DNA from: Acidimicrobiaceae bacterium
Lineage (GTDB): Bacteria > Actinomycetota > Acidimicrobiia > Acidimicrobiales > RAAP-2
Assembly: GCA_003162475.1 (NCBI GenBank)
Contig: PMOI01000012.1
Location: 30,380 to 94,379, forward strand
Direction: 5' to 3'
DNA length: 64,000 bases
Part shown: positions 12,411 through 23,302 of the stretch, one piece after another
Layout: every line of letters begins with the position of its first letter
How positions within the stretch are numbered: position 1 is the stretch's first letter
The notes under the pieces: generated by a model
What the model was told of the DNA's origin: nothing
The model's input: only the letters and a program-made list of their open reading frames with translations
The model's database searches: none
Made by a program: the position numbers and the translations under genes

Positions 12411-13432
12411 TGGGTCAGAAGGTAAACCCCTACGGTTTCCGTCTCGGAATCACGACGGACTGGAAGTCGCGCTGGTTCAAGGAGCGCGGATACAAGGACC
12501 TCGTCATCGAGGACTGGAAGATTCGCGACTACCTCACCCGCCAGCTCGAGAGCGCGGCCGTCTCGCGTATCGAGATCGAGCGCAACTCGGACCGCATTCG
12601 CGTCGACATCCACACCGCGCGACCGGGCATCGTCATCGGCCGTCGTGGCGCCGAAGCCGAGCGTCTGAAGAAAGACCTCGAGAAGATCACCGGTCAGAAG
12701 AACAAGATTTCTCTCAACATCCAAGAGATCAAGCAGCCCGAGCTTGACGCCGCGCTCATCGCCCAAGGCATCTGTGACCAGTTGCTTCGTCGCGTGGCTT
12801 TTCGCCGCGCCATGAAGCGCGGTATCCAGACGGTCCAAAAGGCCGGCGCCATGGGCGTGAAGATCCAAGCGTCGGGGCGCCTCGGTGGCGCCGAGATGTC
12901 ACGCCGCGAGTCCTACCGTGAAGGCCGCGTTCCGTTGCACACATTGCGCGCCGACATCGACTACGGCTTTCGTGAAGCGCGCACCTCAACCGGTCGTGTT
13001 GGCGTGAAGGTCTGGATCTACAAGGGCGACATCTTGCCCTACCAATTGACCAACGACGAGAAGATCGTGCGCGAGGCCGCTATGGCGGCCGGCGACGCGG
13101 TGCCCGTTGGTTCCTCACCCACCACGCCCAAGGGTGTCGTTCGTGCCGGCGGCGGACGCCGTCGCGTGGAGGCCGAGCCCGTCAGCGACGACGCCGTGGT
13201 CGAAGAGATGCAGGGATCCGTGTCGGACAAGGTCGCCGAGTCGGCCGAACACGAGACGACCAACCAGATCCTCGACGACGTCCAGGACGACGCCGTCACG
13301 GACGCCCCCGTCGCGGACCTCTTGGGGTCCACGCCCGAAGTTGAGGCTCAACTGAGCGTCGAAGAAGAGATCGAGCGTCGTACCGCGTCGGACCACACCG
13401 ACACGCCTCACTTTCGAAAGGACGCCGAGTAA
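12410..13432 (+). CDS. rpsC: 30S ribosomal protein S3 with about 130 aa C-terminal extension
   Basis: [30 protein letters not shown], then acidic tail. Confidence 0.99.
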   Translation: MGQKVNPYGFRLGITTDWKSRWFKERGYKDLVIEDWKIRDYLTRQLESAAVSRIEIERNSDRIRVDIHTARPGIVIGRRGAEAERLKKDLEKITGQKNKISLNIQEIKQPELDAALIAQGICDQLLRRVAFRRAMKRGIQTVQKAGAMGVKIQASGRLGGAEMSRRESYREGRVPLHTLRADIDYGFREARTSTGRVGVKVWIYKGDILPYQLTNDEKIVREAAMAAGDAVPVGSSPTTPKGVVRAGGGRRRVEAEPVSDDAVVEEMQGSVSDKVAESAEHETTNQILDDVQDDAVTDAPVADLLGSTPEVEAQLSVEEEIERRTASDHTDTPHFRKDAE

Positions 13433-13434
13433 GT

Positions 13435-13872
13435 ATGTTGATGCCCCGCAAAGTAAAATACCGCAAGCAGATGCGCGGTCGTCGGGCCGGAATGGCCAAG
13501 GGTGGGGTCGATCTCAACTTTGGTGACTTCGGCATCCAGGCCCTCGAGTCCGGTTGGGTCACCGCTCGCCAGATCGAAGCGGCCCGTATCGCGATGACCC
13601 GTCACGTCAAGCGTGGTGGCAAGGTCTGGATCCGTGTCTTTCCCGACAAGCCCGTTACGCAGAAGCCCGCTGAGACCCGCATGGGTTCAGGCAAGGGCAA
13701 TCCCGAATTCTGGGTCGCCGTCGTGAAGCCCGGCCGCATGTTGTTCGAACTCGGTGGTGTTGACGAGACCTTGGCGCGCGCCGCGATGGAACGCGCCATT
13801 CAAAAACTCCCCATCAAGGCGAAGTTCGTTATTCGTCCCGGGACCCACGGCACCCCGGAGGTGACGATCTAA
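13435..13872 (+). CDS. rplP: 50S ribosomal protein L16
   Basis: [21 protein letters not shown]. Confidence 0.99.
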   Translation: MLMPRKVKYRKQMRGRRAGMAKGGVDLNFGDFGIQALESGWVTARQIEAARIAMTRHVKRGGKVWIRVFPDKPVTQKPAETRMGSGKGNPEFWVAVVKPGRMLFELGGVDETLARAAMERAIQKLPIKAKFVIRPGTHGTPEVTI

Positions 13873-14111
13873 TGGCTAAGACCAAAGAACACGTCGCAGA
13901 GTTGCGTCGCTTGGGCGATGGTGAACTGCTCGGACGATTGGGCGAGGCCCGACGCGAGCTCTTCAACCTTCGTTTCCAGTTGGCGACCGGTCAGCTCGAC
14001 AACTCGGCGCGCCTCGGCGCGGTGCGTAAAGACATCGCGCGCCTCTCGACGTTCATGCGTGAACGTGAGATCGCGGCCGCCGAAGCTCTAGAAGAAAGTG
14101 CAAAGTCATGA
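13872..14111 (+). CDS. rpmC: 50S ribosomal protein L29
   Basis: [14 protein letters not shown]...RKDIARL. Confidence 0.98.
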   Translation: MAKTKEHVAELRRLGDGELLGRLGEARRELFNLRFQLATGQLDNSARLGAVRKDIARLSTFMREREIAAAEALEESAKS

Positions 14112-14566
14112 GTGACGAAACCACGAACGAAAACACTGAAGAGACCACGAACGACACCGCGGTAGAGACGACAAGCGAGACCCCGGTCGAGACCGTCGTT
14201 GAAGCCCCAGTTGAAGCCCCAGTTGAAGCCCCAGTTGAAGCCAAGGTCGCAACCAAGGTCGTAACCAAGGTCGCAACCAAGGTCGCAACCAAGGACGACG
14301 ACTCCGACGATACCCGCGCCAACCCGCGCAAGGTTCGCGAAGGCATCGTCGTCTCGGACAAGATGGACTCGACGCTCGTCGTCGCGGTGAACGAGCGCGT
14401 GCGACACGCGCGTTACGGCAAGACCGTCCAGCGCACGAAAAAGCTCTACGTGCACGACGAGAAGAACGAAGCGAAGGTGGGCGACAAGGTTCGCGTGCAA
14501 GAGACCCGTCCGCTTTCGAAGCTCAAGCGCTGGCGCTTGACCGAGATCGTGGAGCGTGCTCGATGA
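14108..14566 (+). CDS. rpsQ: 30S ribosomal protein S17 with about 69 aa repeat-containing N-terminal extension
   Basis: Core [14 protein letters not shown]...[11 protein letters not shown]; ATGA overlap with rpmC. Confidence 0.97.
   Translation: MSDETTNENTEETTNDTAVETTSETPVETVVEAPVEAPVEAPVEAKVATKVVTKVATKVATKDDDSDDTRANPRKVREGIVVSDKMDSTLVVAVNERVRHARYGKTVQRTKKLYVHDEKNEAKVGDKVRVQETRPLSKLKRWRLTEIVERAR
14198..14293 (+). repeat. Two adjacent in-frame 12-bp tandem arrays (8 units) in rpsQ
   Basis: gttgaagcccca x3 + gttgaagccaag, then gtcg(c/t)aaccaag x4, encoding (VEAP)3[12 protein letters not shown] (VATK)2. Confidence 0.97.
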
Positions 14567-14931
14567 TTCAACAAGAGAGTCGCCTCAAGGTCGCCGACAA
14601 CTCCGGAGCGAAAGAAGTCCTTTGCATCCGGGTGCTCGGTGGATCGCGTCGTCGCTACGCCTCGATCGGTGACGTCTTCATCGCTACCGTCAAGGACGCG
14701 ATTCCCGGCGCCGCGGTGAAGAAGGGTGACGTGGTTCGCTGCGTCGTCGTTCGCACCGCCAAGGAGAAGCGTCGTCCCGACGGTTCCTACATCAAGTTCG
14801 ACGAGAACGCCGCGGTGTTGATCAACGATCAACTCCAGCCACGCGGGACGCGCATCTTTGGTCCTGTTGGTCGCGAACTCCGCGACAAGAAGTTCATGCG
14901 CATCATTTCACTCGCGCCGGAGGTTTTGTAA
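14563..14931 (+). CDS. rplN: 50S ribosomal protein L14
   Basis: [17 protein letters not shown]...GTRIFGPV. Confidence 0.99.
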   Translation: MIQQESRLKVADNSGAKEVLCIRVLGGSRRRYASIGDVFIATVKDAIPGAAVKKGDVVRCVVVRTAKEKRRPDGSYIKFDENAAVLINDQLQPRGTRIFGPVGRELRDKKFMRIISLAPEVL

Positions 14932-15236
14932 TGAAAATTCATAAGGGCGACGACGTGTTAGTCCTCACGGGCAAGTTCCGTGGACAGCGCGCCAACGTCG
15001 AAGAGGCCCTGCCCTCAGTCAACAAAGTGATCCTGGACAACCTCAACGTCGCCAAGCGCGCGACCAAGCAGTCGGGCTCGACCATGCAGGCCGGCATCAT
15101 CGACAAGTTGATGCCGCTCAACGCCTCGAACGTCGCCGTGTGGTGTCCGAAGCACAAGGGTCCCGCGAAGATTAGCTACCAGGTCGTCGAAGAAAAGAAG
15201 GCTCGCGTCTGTCGCAAGTGTGGAGAGGTTCTATGA
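14931..15236 (+). CDS. rplX: 50S ribosomal protein L24
   Basis: KOW motif [11 protein letters not shown]; C-terminal CPKH...CRKC. Confidence 0.96.
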   Translation: MKIHKGDDVLVLTGKFRGQRANVEEALPSVNKVILDNLNVAKRATKQSGSTMQAGIIDKLMPLNASNVAVWCPKHKGPAKISYQVVEEKKARVCRKCGEVL

Positions 15237-15796
15237 GCACGACTACCCGTCCACGTCTAAAGGTCCGCTACGACGAAGAGATTCGTCCCGCGCTGAAGGA
15301 TGAACTCGGACTCGCGAACATCATGCAGGTGCCGCGTCTCGAGAAGATCGTCCTCAACTCGGGCGTCGGTCGCGCGACCCAGCAGGCCTCGTTGCTCGAG
15401 GGCGCCCAGCGCGACCTCGAACTCATCACCGGCCAAAAGCCCATCGTGACGCGCGCGAAGAAGTCGATCGCGAGCTTCAAGTTGCGCGAAGAACAGCCCA
15501 TCGGCGTCAAGGTCACCCTGCGCGGCGACCGGGCGTGGGAGTTCTTTGACCGACTCCTCAGCATGGCCATCCCTCGTATCCGTGACTTCCGGGGCCTCTC
15601 ACCGAAGTCCTTCGACGGACACGGCAACTACACCTTTGGTGTGAACGACCAGTTGATCTTCCCCGAGCTCGACTACGACAAGATCGACGCGCCGCGTGGC
15701 TTTGACATCACCATCGTCACCACGGCCGCGACCGATGAGCAGGGACGCGCGTTTTTGCGCGCCTACGGCTTCCCCTTCAAACAGGAGAATCGATAA
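15233..15796 (+). CDS. rplE: 50S ribosomal protein L5
   Basis: [25 protein letters not shown]; start taken at the ATGA overlap with rplX. Confidence 0.99.
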   Translation: MSTTTRPRLKVRYDEEIRPALKDELGLANIMQVPRLEKIVLNSGVGRATQQASLLEGAQRDLELITGQKPIVTRAKKSIASFKLREEQPIGVKVTLRGDRAWEFFDRLLSMAIPRIRDFRGLSPKSFDGHGNYTFGVNDQLIFPELDYDKIDAPRGFDITIVTTAATDEQGRAFLRAYGFPFKQENR

Positions 15797-15798
15797 GC

Positions 15799-15984
15799 AT
15801 GGCGAAAAAAGCACTTCGCATCAAGCAGAAGCAGACTCCTAAGTTCTCCACGCGTGCCTACACGCGTTGCGAGCGCTGTGGACGACCGCGTTCGGTGTAC
15901 CGCAAGTTCGGCCTCTGTCGAATCTGCCTGCGCATGATGGTTCACGCCGGTGAGATCCCCGGCGTCACGAAAGCAAGTTGGTAG
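15799..15984 (+). CDS. rpsN: 30S ribosomal protein S14 type Z (Zn-binding)
   Basis: 61 aa; CERCGR...LCRIC. Confidence 0.99.
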   Translation: MAKKALRIKQKQTPKFSTRAYTRCERCGRPRSVYRKFGLCRICLRMMVHAGEIPGVTKASW

Positions 15985-15994
15985 GAGGACAGCT

Positions 15995-16399
15995 ATGACA
16001 ATGACTGACCCGATTGCCGACATGCTCACGCGTATCCGTAACGCCAACGCCGCGATGTTTGACAGCGTCAAGATGCCCAGTTCCAAGTTGAAGGAGAACT
16101 TGGCGAAGGTCTTGCAGAGGGAAGGCTTCATCTCGGGTTACACCGTGACGAAGTTGGAGAACAAGCCCGGCGCCCAGCTCGAGATCAACCTGAAGTACTC
16201 CGAAGACCGCAAGAAGACCATCATTGGTATCAAGCGTGTCTCCAAGCCCGGCCTTCGCATCTACAAGAAGTCCGACCAGATGCCCAAGGTCCTCGGTGGT
16301 GTGGGCGTGGCCGTCGTCTCGACGAGTCACGGCCTCATGACCGACCGCGAAGCCCGCAAGGCCAAGTTGGGCGGCGAGGTGCTCTGTTATGTGTGGTAA
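15995..16399 (+). CDS. rpsH: 30S ribosomal protein S8
   Basis: [34 protein letters not shown]; AGGAGG SD. Confidence 0.99.
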   Translation: MTMTDPIADMLTRIRNANAAMFDSVKMPSSKLKENLAKVLQREGFISGYTVTKLENKPGAQLEINLKYSEDRKKTIIGIKRVSKPGLRIYKKSDQMPKVLGGVGVAVVSTSHGLMTDREARKAKLGGEVLCYVW

Positions 16400-16429
16400 C
16401 TCGATGACGAAAAAAGTGGAGGTTCACTG

Positions 16430-16969
16430 ATGTCGCGAATTGGACGTAATCCCATCACCGTGCCGGCCAACGTGACGGTGAGCGTGGCGGGTGACGTGGT
16501 GACCGTGACGGGTCCCAACGCCACCATGACTCGCAACATCCCCGACGGCATCACCATGGCCCAAGACGGCGACACCTTGGTCGTCGATCGCCGTAATGAC
16601 GAGACGACCTACAAGGCGCTGCACGGCCTCACGCGCACGCTGGTCTCCAACATGGTGACCGGCGTCACTGACGGCTGGAGCAAAGAGCTCGAGATCATCG
16701 GCGTGGGCTATCGCGCCGCCGCTGGCGGCACCGGCGTATTGAACCTGGCGCTCGGCTTCAGCCACCCCGTGACCTTCACGGCACCCGAGGGCGTGACCTT
16801 CGAGGTCCCGACGCCCACGCGCGTGATCATCAAGGGCGCGGACAAAGAGATCGTCGGACAGGTCGCCGCCAACATTCGCAAGCTTCGTAAACCCGAGCCC
16901 TACAAGGGCAAGGGCGTGCGCTACCTCGGTGAGCGAGTGGCGCGCAAGGCAGGAAAGGCCGCAAAGTAA
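16430..16969 (+). CDS. rplF: 50S ribosomal protein L6
   Basis: [20 protein letters not shown]. Confidence 0.99.
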   Translation: MSRIGRNPITVPANVTVSVAGDVVTVTGPNATMTRNIPDGITMAQDGDTLVVDRRNDETTYKALHGLTRTLVSNMVTGVTDGWSKELEIIGVGYRAAAGGTGVLNLALGFSHPVTFTAPEGVTFEVPTPTRVIIKGADKEIVGQVAANIRKLRKPEPYKGKGVRYLGERVARKAGKAAK

Positions 16970-17324
16970 TGGCACGCACCACACGTGAACTCCGCCAACG
17001 TCGTCACCGTCGTCTACGCAAGACCCTCTCGGGAACGGCGGAGCGTCCGCGCGTCGCGGTGAGTCGCACCAACAAGCACATCTCGGCCCAGATCATCGAC
17101 GACACCACGGGCCGCACTCTGGCCGCGGCCTCGTCGGTCGAAGGAGCATTGAAGAGCGCGACCGGTGGCAACATCGAAGGGGCGAAGGCGGTCGCGAATC
17201 TTCTCGCGACGCGCGCCAAAGAAGCCAACATCGCCACGGTGGTCTTTGACCGCGGTGGCTTCGACTACCACGGCCGAGTGGCGGCGTTCGCCGACGCCCT
17301 TCGTGCCGGTGGACTGGAGTTTTA

Positions 17325-17325
<1 letters not shown>
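16969..17325 (+). CDS. rplR: 50S ribosomal protein L18
   Basis: [27 protein letters not shown]. Confidence 0.99.
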
Positions 17326-17876
<551 letters not shown>

Positions 17877-17878
17877 CC

Positions 17879-18061
17879 ATGCAGTTGAAAGTCACCCAGA
17901 TCCGTTCGGCCATCGCCACCAAGCCCAAGCACCGCGGGACGCTCCGCGCGCTCGGACTGAGGGGCATTGGCCAGTCCAACGTGCTGCCCGATCGTCCCGA
18001 GATTCACGGCATGATCGCTCGCGTGCCGCACCTGATCAAAGTAGAAGAGGTCAACGAATGA
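17879..18061 (+). CDS. rpmD: 50S ribosomal protein L30
   Basis: LKVTQIRS...LRALGLR. Confidence 0.97.
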   Translation: MQLKVTQIRSAIATKPKHRGTLRALGLRGIGQSNVLPDRPEIHGMIARVPHLIKVEEVNE

Positions 18062-18543
18062 AGTTGCACGATCTCAAATCACCTGAAGGCTCCACCCACC
18101 GTCGCAAGATCGTCGGTCGCGGTATCGCGGGCAAGGGCGGCAAGACCGCCGGTCGCGGTACCAAGGGACAGAAGGCGCGTCGTCAGATTCCCGCGGGCTT
18201 CGAAGGTGGACAGCTTCCGCTGCTCCAGCGCATCCCGAAGCTGAAGGGATTCACGAACCCCTTTCGCGTCGAGTACACCCCAGTGAACCTCGACGCCCTC
18301 GTGGCGCTCGGCGTCAGCGAGATCAACCCCGACGTCCTCGTCGCGAATGGTCTCATGCGCAAGAAGGACCTCGTGAAGGTCCTCGGACGCGGCGAGATCG
18401 CGGGAGTCCTCAACGTCTCGGCGCACGGTTTTTCCGCCTCGGCGAAGGCCGCGATCGAAGGGGCTGGCGGGACCGTCACCGTTGTCGATCTACCCTTCTC
18501 CGTTCGACCGGCCGCGTCTGGTAACCAACACCAAAACCGTTAG
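18058..18543 (+). CDS. rplO: 50S ribosomal protein L15
   Basis: GRGIAGKGGKTAGRGTKGQ, GFEGGQLPL. Confidence 0.99.
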   Translation: MKLHDLKSPEGSTHRRKIVGRGIAGKGGKTAGRGTKGQKARRQIPAGFEGGQLPLLQRIPKLKGFTNPFRVEYTPVNLDALVALGVSEINPDVLVANGLMRKKDLVKVLGRGEIAGVLNVSAHGFSASAKAAIEGAGGTVTVVDLPFSVRPAASGNQHQNR

Positions 18544-18552
18544 GGTCAAAGA

Positions 18553-19842
18553 GTGTTTAAGCGACTTGGGAACATCTTTCGTGTACCGGACCTTCGCAAC
18601 AAGGTGCTCTTCACGGTCGCGATCATCTGCCTCTACCAGTTAGGCGCCAACCTTCCCATCCCGGGCGTGAGTTGGTCCCAGGTTTTGAAGCTCCAGAGTG
18701 AAGCCGGCGCCAGTGGTGTGCTCGGTTTCTTGAACCTCTTCTCGGGTGGCGCGTTGACGCGTCTCGCGGTCTTCGGTCTCGGCGTCATGCCCTACATCAC
18801 GAGTTCCATCGTGATCCAACTGCTCACGACCGTCATCCCCAAGCTCACCGAGTGGCGAGACCAGGGCGCCGTCGGACAGAAGAAGATAACCCAGACCACG
18901 AGGTATCTCACCATTGGACTGGCACTGCTGCAGTCGACGGGCCTCGTGTACGCCTTTCACGGCCACGACCAAGCGTTGCTCGGCTTCAACATCGACCTGA
19001 TCCCGAGGTTCACCCTGTGGCTCGGACTCTTCATGGTCCTCGTCTTGACGGCCGGAACGGCCTTCGTGATGTGGCTCGCCGAGCTCATCACCCAGCGCGG
19101 CATCGGCCAAGGCATGTCGCTGTTGATCTTCGCGAACGTCGTCGCGGGACTTCCCTCGGGCGGTAAGGCCGTCTGGGCGGAGGGTGGCGCGTTCAAGTTC
19201 TTCATCATCTTCCTCGTCTCGATCGGACTCCTGGTTCTCATCGTCTTCATGGACAACGGCCAGCGGCGCATCCCGGTGACGTTCGCCCGGCGTGTCGTCG
19301 GGCGACGAGAGATGGGTGGCAACTCCACCTACATCCCGCTGAAGGTAAACCAGTCGGGCGTGATTCCGATCATCTTCGCCTCGTCGGTGCTCTATATCCC
19401 CGTCCTCATGTCGAACATCGTGCCGTGGGCGAGTTTCCAGAACTTCGTGCGCAACTCGCTCACTCCGACGAACTTCTTCTACATCACTTCGGACTTCGTG
19501 TTAATCCTCGCCTTCACGTTCTTCTACGTGTACATCGCCTTCGAACCCCACCAGCAAGCCGAGATGTTGCGCCAACAAGGTGGTTTCATTCCGGGAATCC
19601 GCCCGGGACTGCCGACCGAGAAGTACTTCGCGCGCATGCTGTCGCGCATTACCGTCGTGGGCGCCGTGTTCTTGGCGTCGGTGGCCGTGGTGCCCAGTAT
19701 CTTGATGGCGCTGTGGAACATCAACCGCTTCCCGTACTACGGAACCACCTTGCTGATCGCCGTGGGTGTCTCACTCGAGACGATGCGTCAGATCGACAGC
19801 CAGCTGATGATGCGTAACTACGAAGGCTTCTTGAAGCGATAG
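18553..19842 (+). CDS. secY: Preprotein translocase SecY
   Basis: LGVMPYITSSI, GIGQGMSLLIF, PLKVNQSGVIPIIFA; about 10 hydrophobic segments. Confidence 0.99.
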   Translation: MFKRLGNIFRVPDLRNKVLFTVAIICLYQLGANLPIPGVSWSQVLKLQSEAGASGVLGFLNLFSGGALTRLAVFGLGVMPYITSSIVIQLLTTVIPKLTEWRDQGAVGQKKITQTTRYLTIGLALLQSTGLVYAFHGHDQALLGFNIDLIPRFTLWLGLFMVLVLTAGTAFVMWLAELITQRGIGQGMSLLIFANVVAGLPSGGKAVWAEGGAFKFFIIFLVSIGLLVLIVFMDNGQRRIPVTFARRVVGRREMGGNSTYIPLKVNQSGVIPIIFASSVLYIPVLMSNIVPWASFQNFVRNSLTPTNFFYITSDFVLILAFTFFYVYIAFEPHQQAEMLRQQGGFIPGIRPGLPTEKYFARMLSRITVVGAVFLASVAVVPSILMALWNINRFPYYGTTLLIAVGVSLETMRQIDSQLMMRNYEGFLKR

Positions 19843-19844
19843 CC

Positions 19845-20504
19845 ATGACGGGACAACTCAATCTTGTCGTCCTAGGCAAACAGGGCGCGGGCAAAGGCAC
19901 CCAAAGCCAGCGTCTGTGCGATCTGCACGGGCTGGCCCACATCTCCACGGGTGACATGCTTCGAGCCGCCGTGCAGGCCGGTACGCCTCTCGGTCGCGAG
20001 GTGCAGTCGGTGCTCGACTCGGGTCAACTGGTGTCGGACGATCTGGTGAACCAACTCGTGGCCGACCGCTTCCAAGAGCCCGACGCCGCCAAGGGCGCCG
20101 TGCTCGACGGTTTTCCGCGCACCACCTTTCAGGCTCAGGCGCTCGAACAGCTCTTGGGCGAGGGCGGGATCAAACTCTGCATCAGTATCGAGATCGCGAA
20201 CGACCTCGTGATCCAGCGACTCTCCTCACGTCGGGTCTGTCAAGAGTGCGGCACTTCGTACAAGGACACCGACGTCGCGGCGATCTCGGGGACCTGCGAG
20301 GTCTGCGGCGGTGACGTCGTGCAGCGAAGTGACGACAAGCCCGAAGCCATTCAAAAGCGACTCGAGACCTTCGACCGTGACACCTTGCCCCTGCTGTCGT
20401 TCTACGAATCCAGAGGCAACCTCGTCAAGGTCAACGGCGACCAACTCGTCGAGAAGGTCGCCGCGGACATCGACGGGCTCATGCACGGACGAGGCCTCGC
20501 GTGA
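19845..20504 (+). CDS. adk: Adenylate kinase (Zn-binding LID)
   Basis: GKQGAGKGTQ, LDGFPRT, CQEC...CEVC, RSDD. Confidence 0.98.
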   Translation: MTGQLNLVVLGKQGAGKGTQSQRLCDLHGLAHISTGDMLRAAVQAGTPLGREVQSVLDSGQLVSDDLVNQLVADRFQEPDAAKGAVLDGFPRTTFQAQALEQLLGEGGIKLCISIEIANDLVIQRLSSRRVCQECGTSYKDTDVAAISGTCEVCGGDVVQRSDDKPEAIQKRLETFDRDTLPLLSFYESRGNLVKVNGDQLVEKVAADIDGLMHGRGLA

Positions 20505-21241
20505 TTCGAAAGAAGGACGAACTCGACAAGATGCGTAGGGCTGGCAAGGTCGTCGCCGAGATTCACGACGTGACGCGCGCCGCGATCCGCCCGGGCGTGA
20601 CGACAATGGATCTCAACAACCTTGCCGCCGAGGTACTCGCCAAGCGCAACGCGCGATCGAACTTCCTCAACTACCACGGCTTTCCTGCCGTCATCTGCAC
20701 CAGTCCCAACGACATGATCGTGCACGGCATCCCTGGTGACTACGAACTCCAAGAGGGCGACATCATCTCCATCGACGCGGGCGCCATCGTCGAGGGGTAC
20801 CACGGCGACGCCGCCTACACCGCGGGCGTGGGTGAGGTCAGCGCCACCGCCAAGCGTCTCATGGAAGTGACCGAGCGATCACTGTGGGCCGGCATCGACA
20901 AGTTGGTCGTCGGAGGGCGCCTGCACGAAGTCGGTCGCGCCGTGCAAGAGGTCGCCGAGAAGGCCGGCTACTCCGTCGTGCGTGAGTACGTTGGTCACGC
21001 CATTGGCACCGAGATGCACGAGAGTCCCCAGGTGCCCAACTACTGGCCCGGGTCACCTGGTCCGACCCTGAAGGCCGGCATGGTTTATGCCGTCGAGCCC
21101 ATGGTCAACGTTGGTTCGTACGAGACGTACGTGCTCGACGACGACTGGAGCGTCATGACCGAAGACGGCATGCTCTCGGCGCACTTCGAACACACCATCG
21201 CCGTCACCGAGAACGGGCCTGAAGTCTTCACTGTCGCCTAG
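20501..21241 (+). CDS. map: Methionine aminopeptidase type I
   Basis: HGIP, ISIDAG, YHGDAA, GHAIG, AVEPM, SAHFEHT. Confidence 0.99.
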   Translation: MIRKKDELDKMRRAGKVVAEIHDVTRAAIRPGVTTMDLNNLAAEVLAKRNARSNFLNYHGFPAVICTSPNDMIVHGIPGDYELQEGDIISIDAGAIVEGYHGDAAYTAGVGEVSATAKRLMEVTERSLWAGIDKLVVGGRLHEVGRAVQEVAEKAGYSVVREYVGHAIGTEMHESPQVPNYWPGSPGPTLKAGMVYAVEPMVNVGSYETYVLDDDWSVMTEDGMLSAHFEHTIAVTENGPEVFTVA

Positions 21242-21446
21242 GGGTGAAAGTTGCCACGGGGTGTTGGCTTCAAACGCACGCACGCGACGTAGAGAGGGAC
21301 TACTCACCAACTTCGTAGAAACTCCTTTGCCGGGCTAACGTTTCGCGAATGCGCCGGTTCACTGAGATAGCAGCGACGTGCTCCCGACGTGTCGTCGCGT
21401 CGAGCACAATCGGCATGAGTGTCAGTCCCCAGACGCGGTCTCGTCG

Positions 21447-22961
21447 ATGACGACCCGCATTTCTAAAGCAGCGAACGGCGCCTTCGCCTCGATTGCGGTA
21501 CTGGCCACCGCGGCGCTACTTCCGTCGTTGAATAAGTCGATGTGGCGAGATGAAGGGGCTTCGCTCTACTCCGCCCACTTAAGTTGGACCGGGCTCTGGC
21601 AACAGTCCCGCGTCGTCGATCGGGTGCTGCTGTTCTACTACTCATTGCTCCACGTCTGGCTTCACGTTTTTCACGGCATCGAAGGGGCACGGTCACTTTC
21701 GCTCGTGGCTTTCGCGCTCACCGTGTATGTCGTAGCGCGCCTTGGGTACCGACTAGGCGGCTCGTGGTGCGGGGTGGCGGCTGGTGTGCTCACCGCGATC
21801 AACCCCTTGATGATTCGCGCGGCTCTCGAAGCGAGGCCCTACGCACTCGCCACACTCACGGCGACGCTCTCAGTGGCCGCACTTTTTCGATGGGTCCGGG
21901 GAGGGGAACGCCGCTGGATGTGGGTGTTCTGTTGCGCGTACATCACAACGTTGTTGCTGCAGATGTTCATGGTTTTGGCGCCAATAAGTGTGATCGCGGT
22001 GATCTTCATACTTAATCCTCAGGTTCTGCGCCTCCGCTGGCGGGGTGTAATTGCGCCGATAGGACTCGCGATCGTCGCAACATTTTCGTTCTTGTTCCTC
22101 GTTGTGAGCCAGCGCAGCCAGATCGCGTGGATTCCACCGATCGGAGCGAAGCAGTTGATCAAAGACCTGGTGGGACCCGCTTCGGGAATTGGTTCGGTCG
22201 GTGGGCAATATACCTACGTCGTCGTGATTGTGGTGCTCGTTCTCGCCACGACGATCTGGTGCGTTCGAGGGTGGAGGAGGGGTAGTTTTCGTCCTGATCG
22301 ACGTCGGGTGGACAGTTTTATTGTCTGTCTTGCGTGGGCCGTGCTTCCAACGCTGGCGCTGATCATCATTTCATCCGTGAAGCCCATCTACGTCGATCGT
22401 TACGTGACCGCGTCGGTCCCCGGCATGGCACTATCGATCGGCATGCTCATCGTTGGTGCGAAGGGTGACACTGACGTTCACCCCACGTCGAGAACGCGAT
22501 CGCGACCGCGAACGGTGGTGTGCGTGTCGGCAGTTGGAATCGCGGTGTGCACGCTCATCTTCAACTCGATTATTTTGAGCCGGACGACGACCGAAAACAT
22601 CGAAGGCGTGACACATTACGTCGCCCTTCGTGCCGGATCGGACAGTGAAGTGGCGCTGCCTGATCACTCCTTGACCACCGGCGTCAACTACTACCTGCAA
22701 TCGTTTCACGTCTCCGTTTCTGAGTGGCCGCAGTTGTTGAAACAACCCTTCGTCGAAGGGTTCGACTTAAGCGTAAATCGCCGGACCATTTCGACTGCTC
22801 CTCGCAACGTCTGGTTAGTGGACGACGGCAGCGTCCTCGGAACGAATCGATTCGTAGCCACGCTGGGTCGAGACGGCTACGTCCAACGAAAGGTGGAGTT
22901 CTTCTCCGGTGTCATTCCAATACGAGTCGTACACTTTGTTCGCACTGGTGCGGAGAGTTGA
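21447..22961 (+). CDS. Polytopic GT-C-fold glycosyltransferase (PMT/ArnT-like)
   Basis: SMWRDEGAS acidic loop after TM1, EARPYALA motif, multiple TMs, RY near the last TM. Start moved to ATG 21447; the track start at 21378 is alternative. Confidence 0.75.
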   Translation: MTTRISKAANGAFASIAVLATAALLPSLNKSMWRDEGASLYSAHLSWTGLWQQSRVVDRVLLFYYSLLHVWLHVFHGIEGARSLSLVAFALTVYVVARLGYRLGGSWCGVAAGVLTAINPLMIRAALEARPYALATLTATLSVAALFRWVRGGERRWMWVFCCAYITTLLLQMFMVLAPISVIAVIFILNPQVLRLRWRGVIAPIGLAIVATFSFLFLVVSQRSQIAWIPPIGAKQLIKDLVGPASGIGSVGGQYTYVVVIVVLVLATTIWCVRGWRRGSFRPDRRRVDSFIVCLAWAVLPTLALIIISSVKPIYVDRYVTASVPGMALSIGMLIVGAKGDTDVHPTSRTRSRPRTVVCVSAVGIAVCTLIFNSIILSRTTTENIEGVTHYVALRAGSDSEVALPDHSLTTGVNYYLQSFHVSVSEWPQLLKQPFVEGFDLSVNRRTISTAPRNVWLVDDGSVLGTNRFVATLGRDGYVQRKVEFFSGVIPIRVVHFVRTGAES

Positions 22962-23302
22962 TCAATCTAATTGGCACCAAGATGCTCGAGTTCGATCACC
23001 AATCCTGCTGGCAAGTCCAACGAGTGACTACTCGGCTCCGTCGCACCCCTTAGGAATCCGATTCCCACTCTTTTCATACAGATTTAAATGTTTTGACGCT
23101 GTCGCGTGTGAAGGGCTACTATCGCGATGAACCAAGGTCAAGCTCTCACGAGAGTGGTCCATTTACTGGGACCCGGCCAAGTTGGTTAACAAGCGGTGTC
23201 GGCCAACTTGATAGTTGTTCACTCGCTCTGGGTACGTTGAAGAGTCTTCGGAGGGAAGCTGGAATGTTTCATCAGAGTCGGCCTATCGGCACAGATCAAG
23301 AG

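Noticed and set aside
14198-14293. CRISPR-like repeat array (also 36038-36097)
   Set aside because: The units are contiguous 12- or 15-bp in-frame coding repeats without unique spacers, and no cas genes are present.
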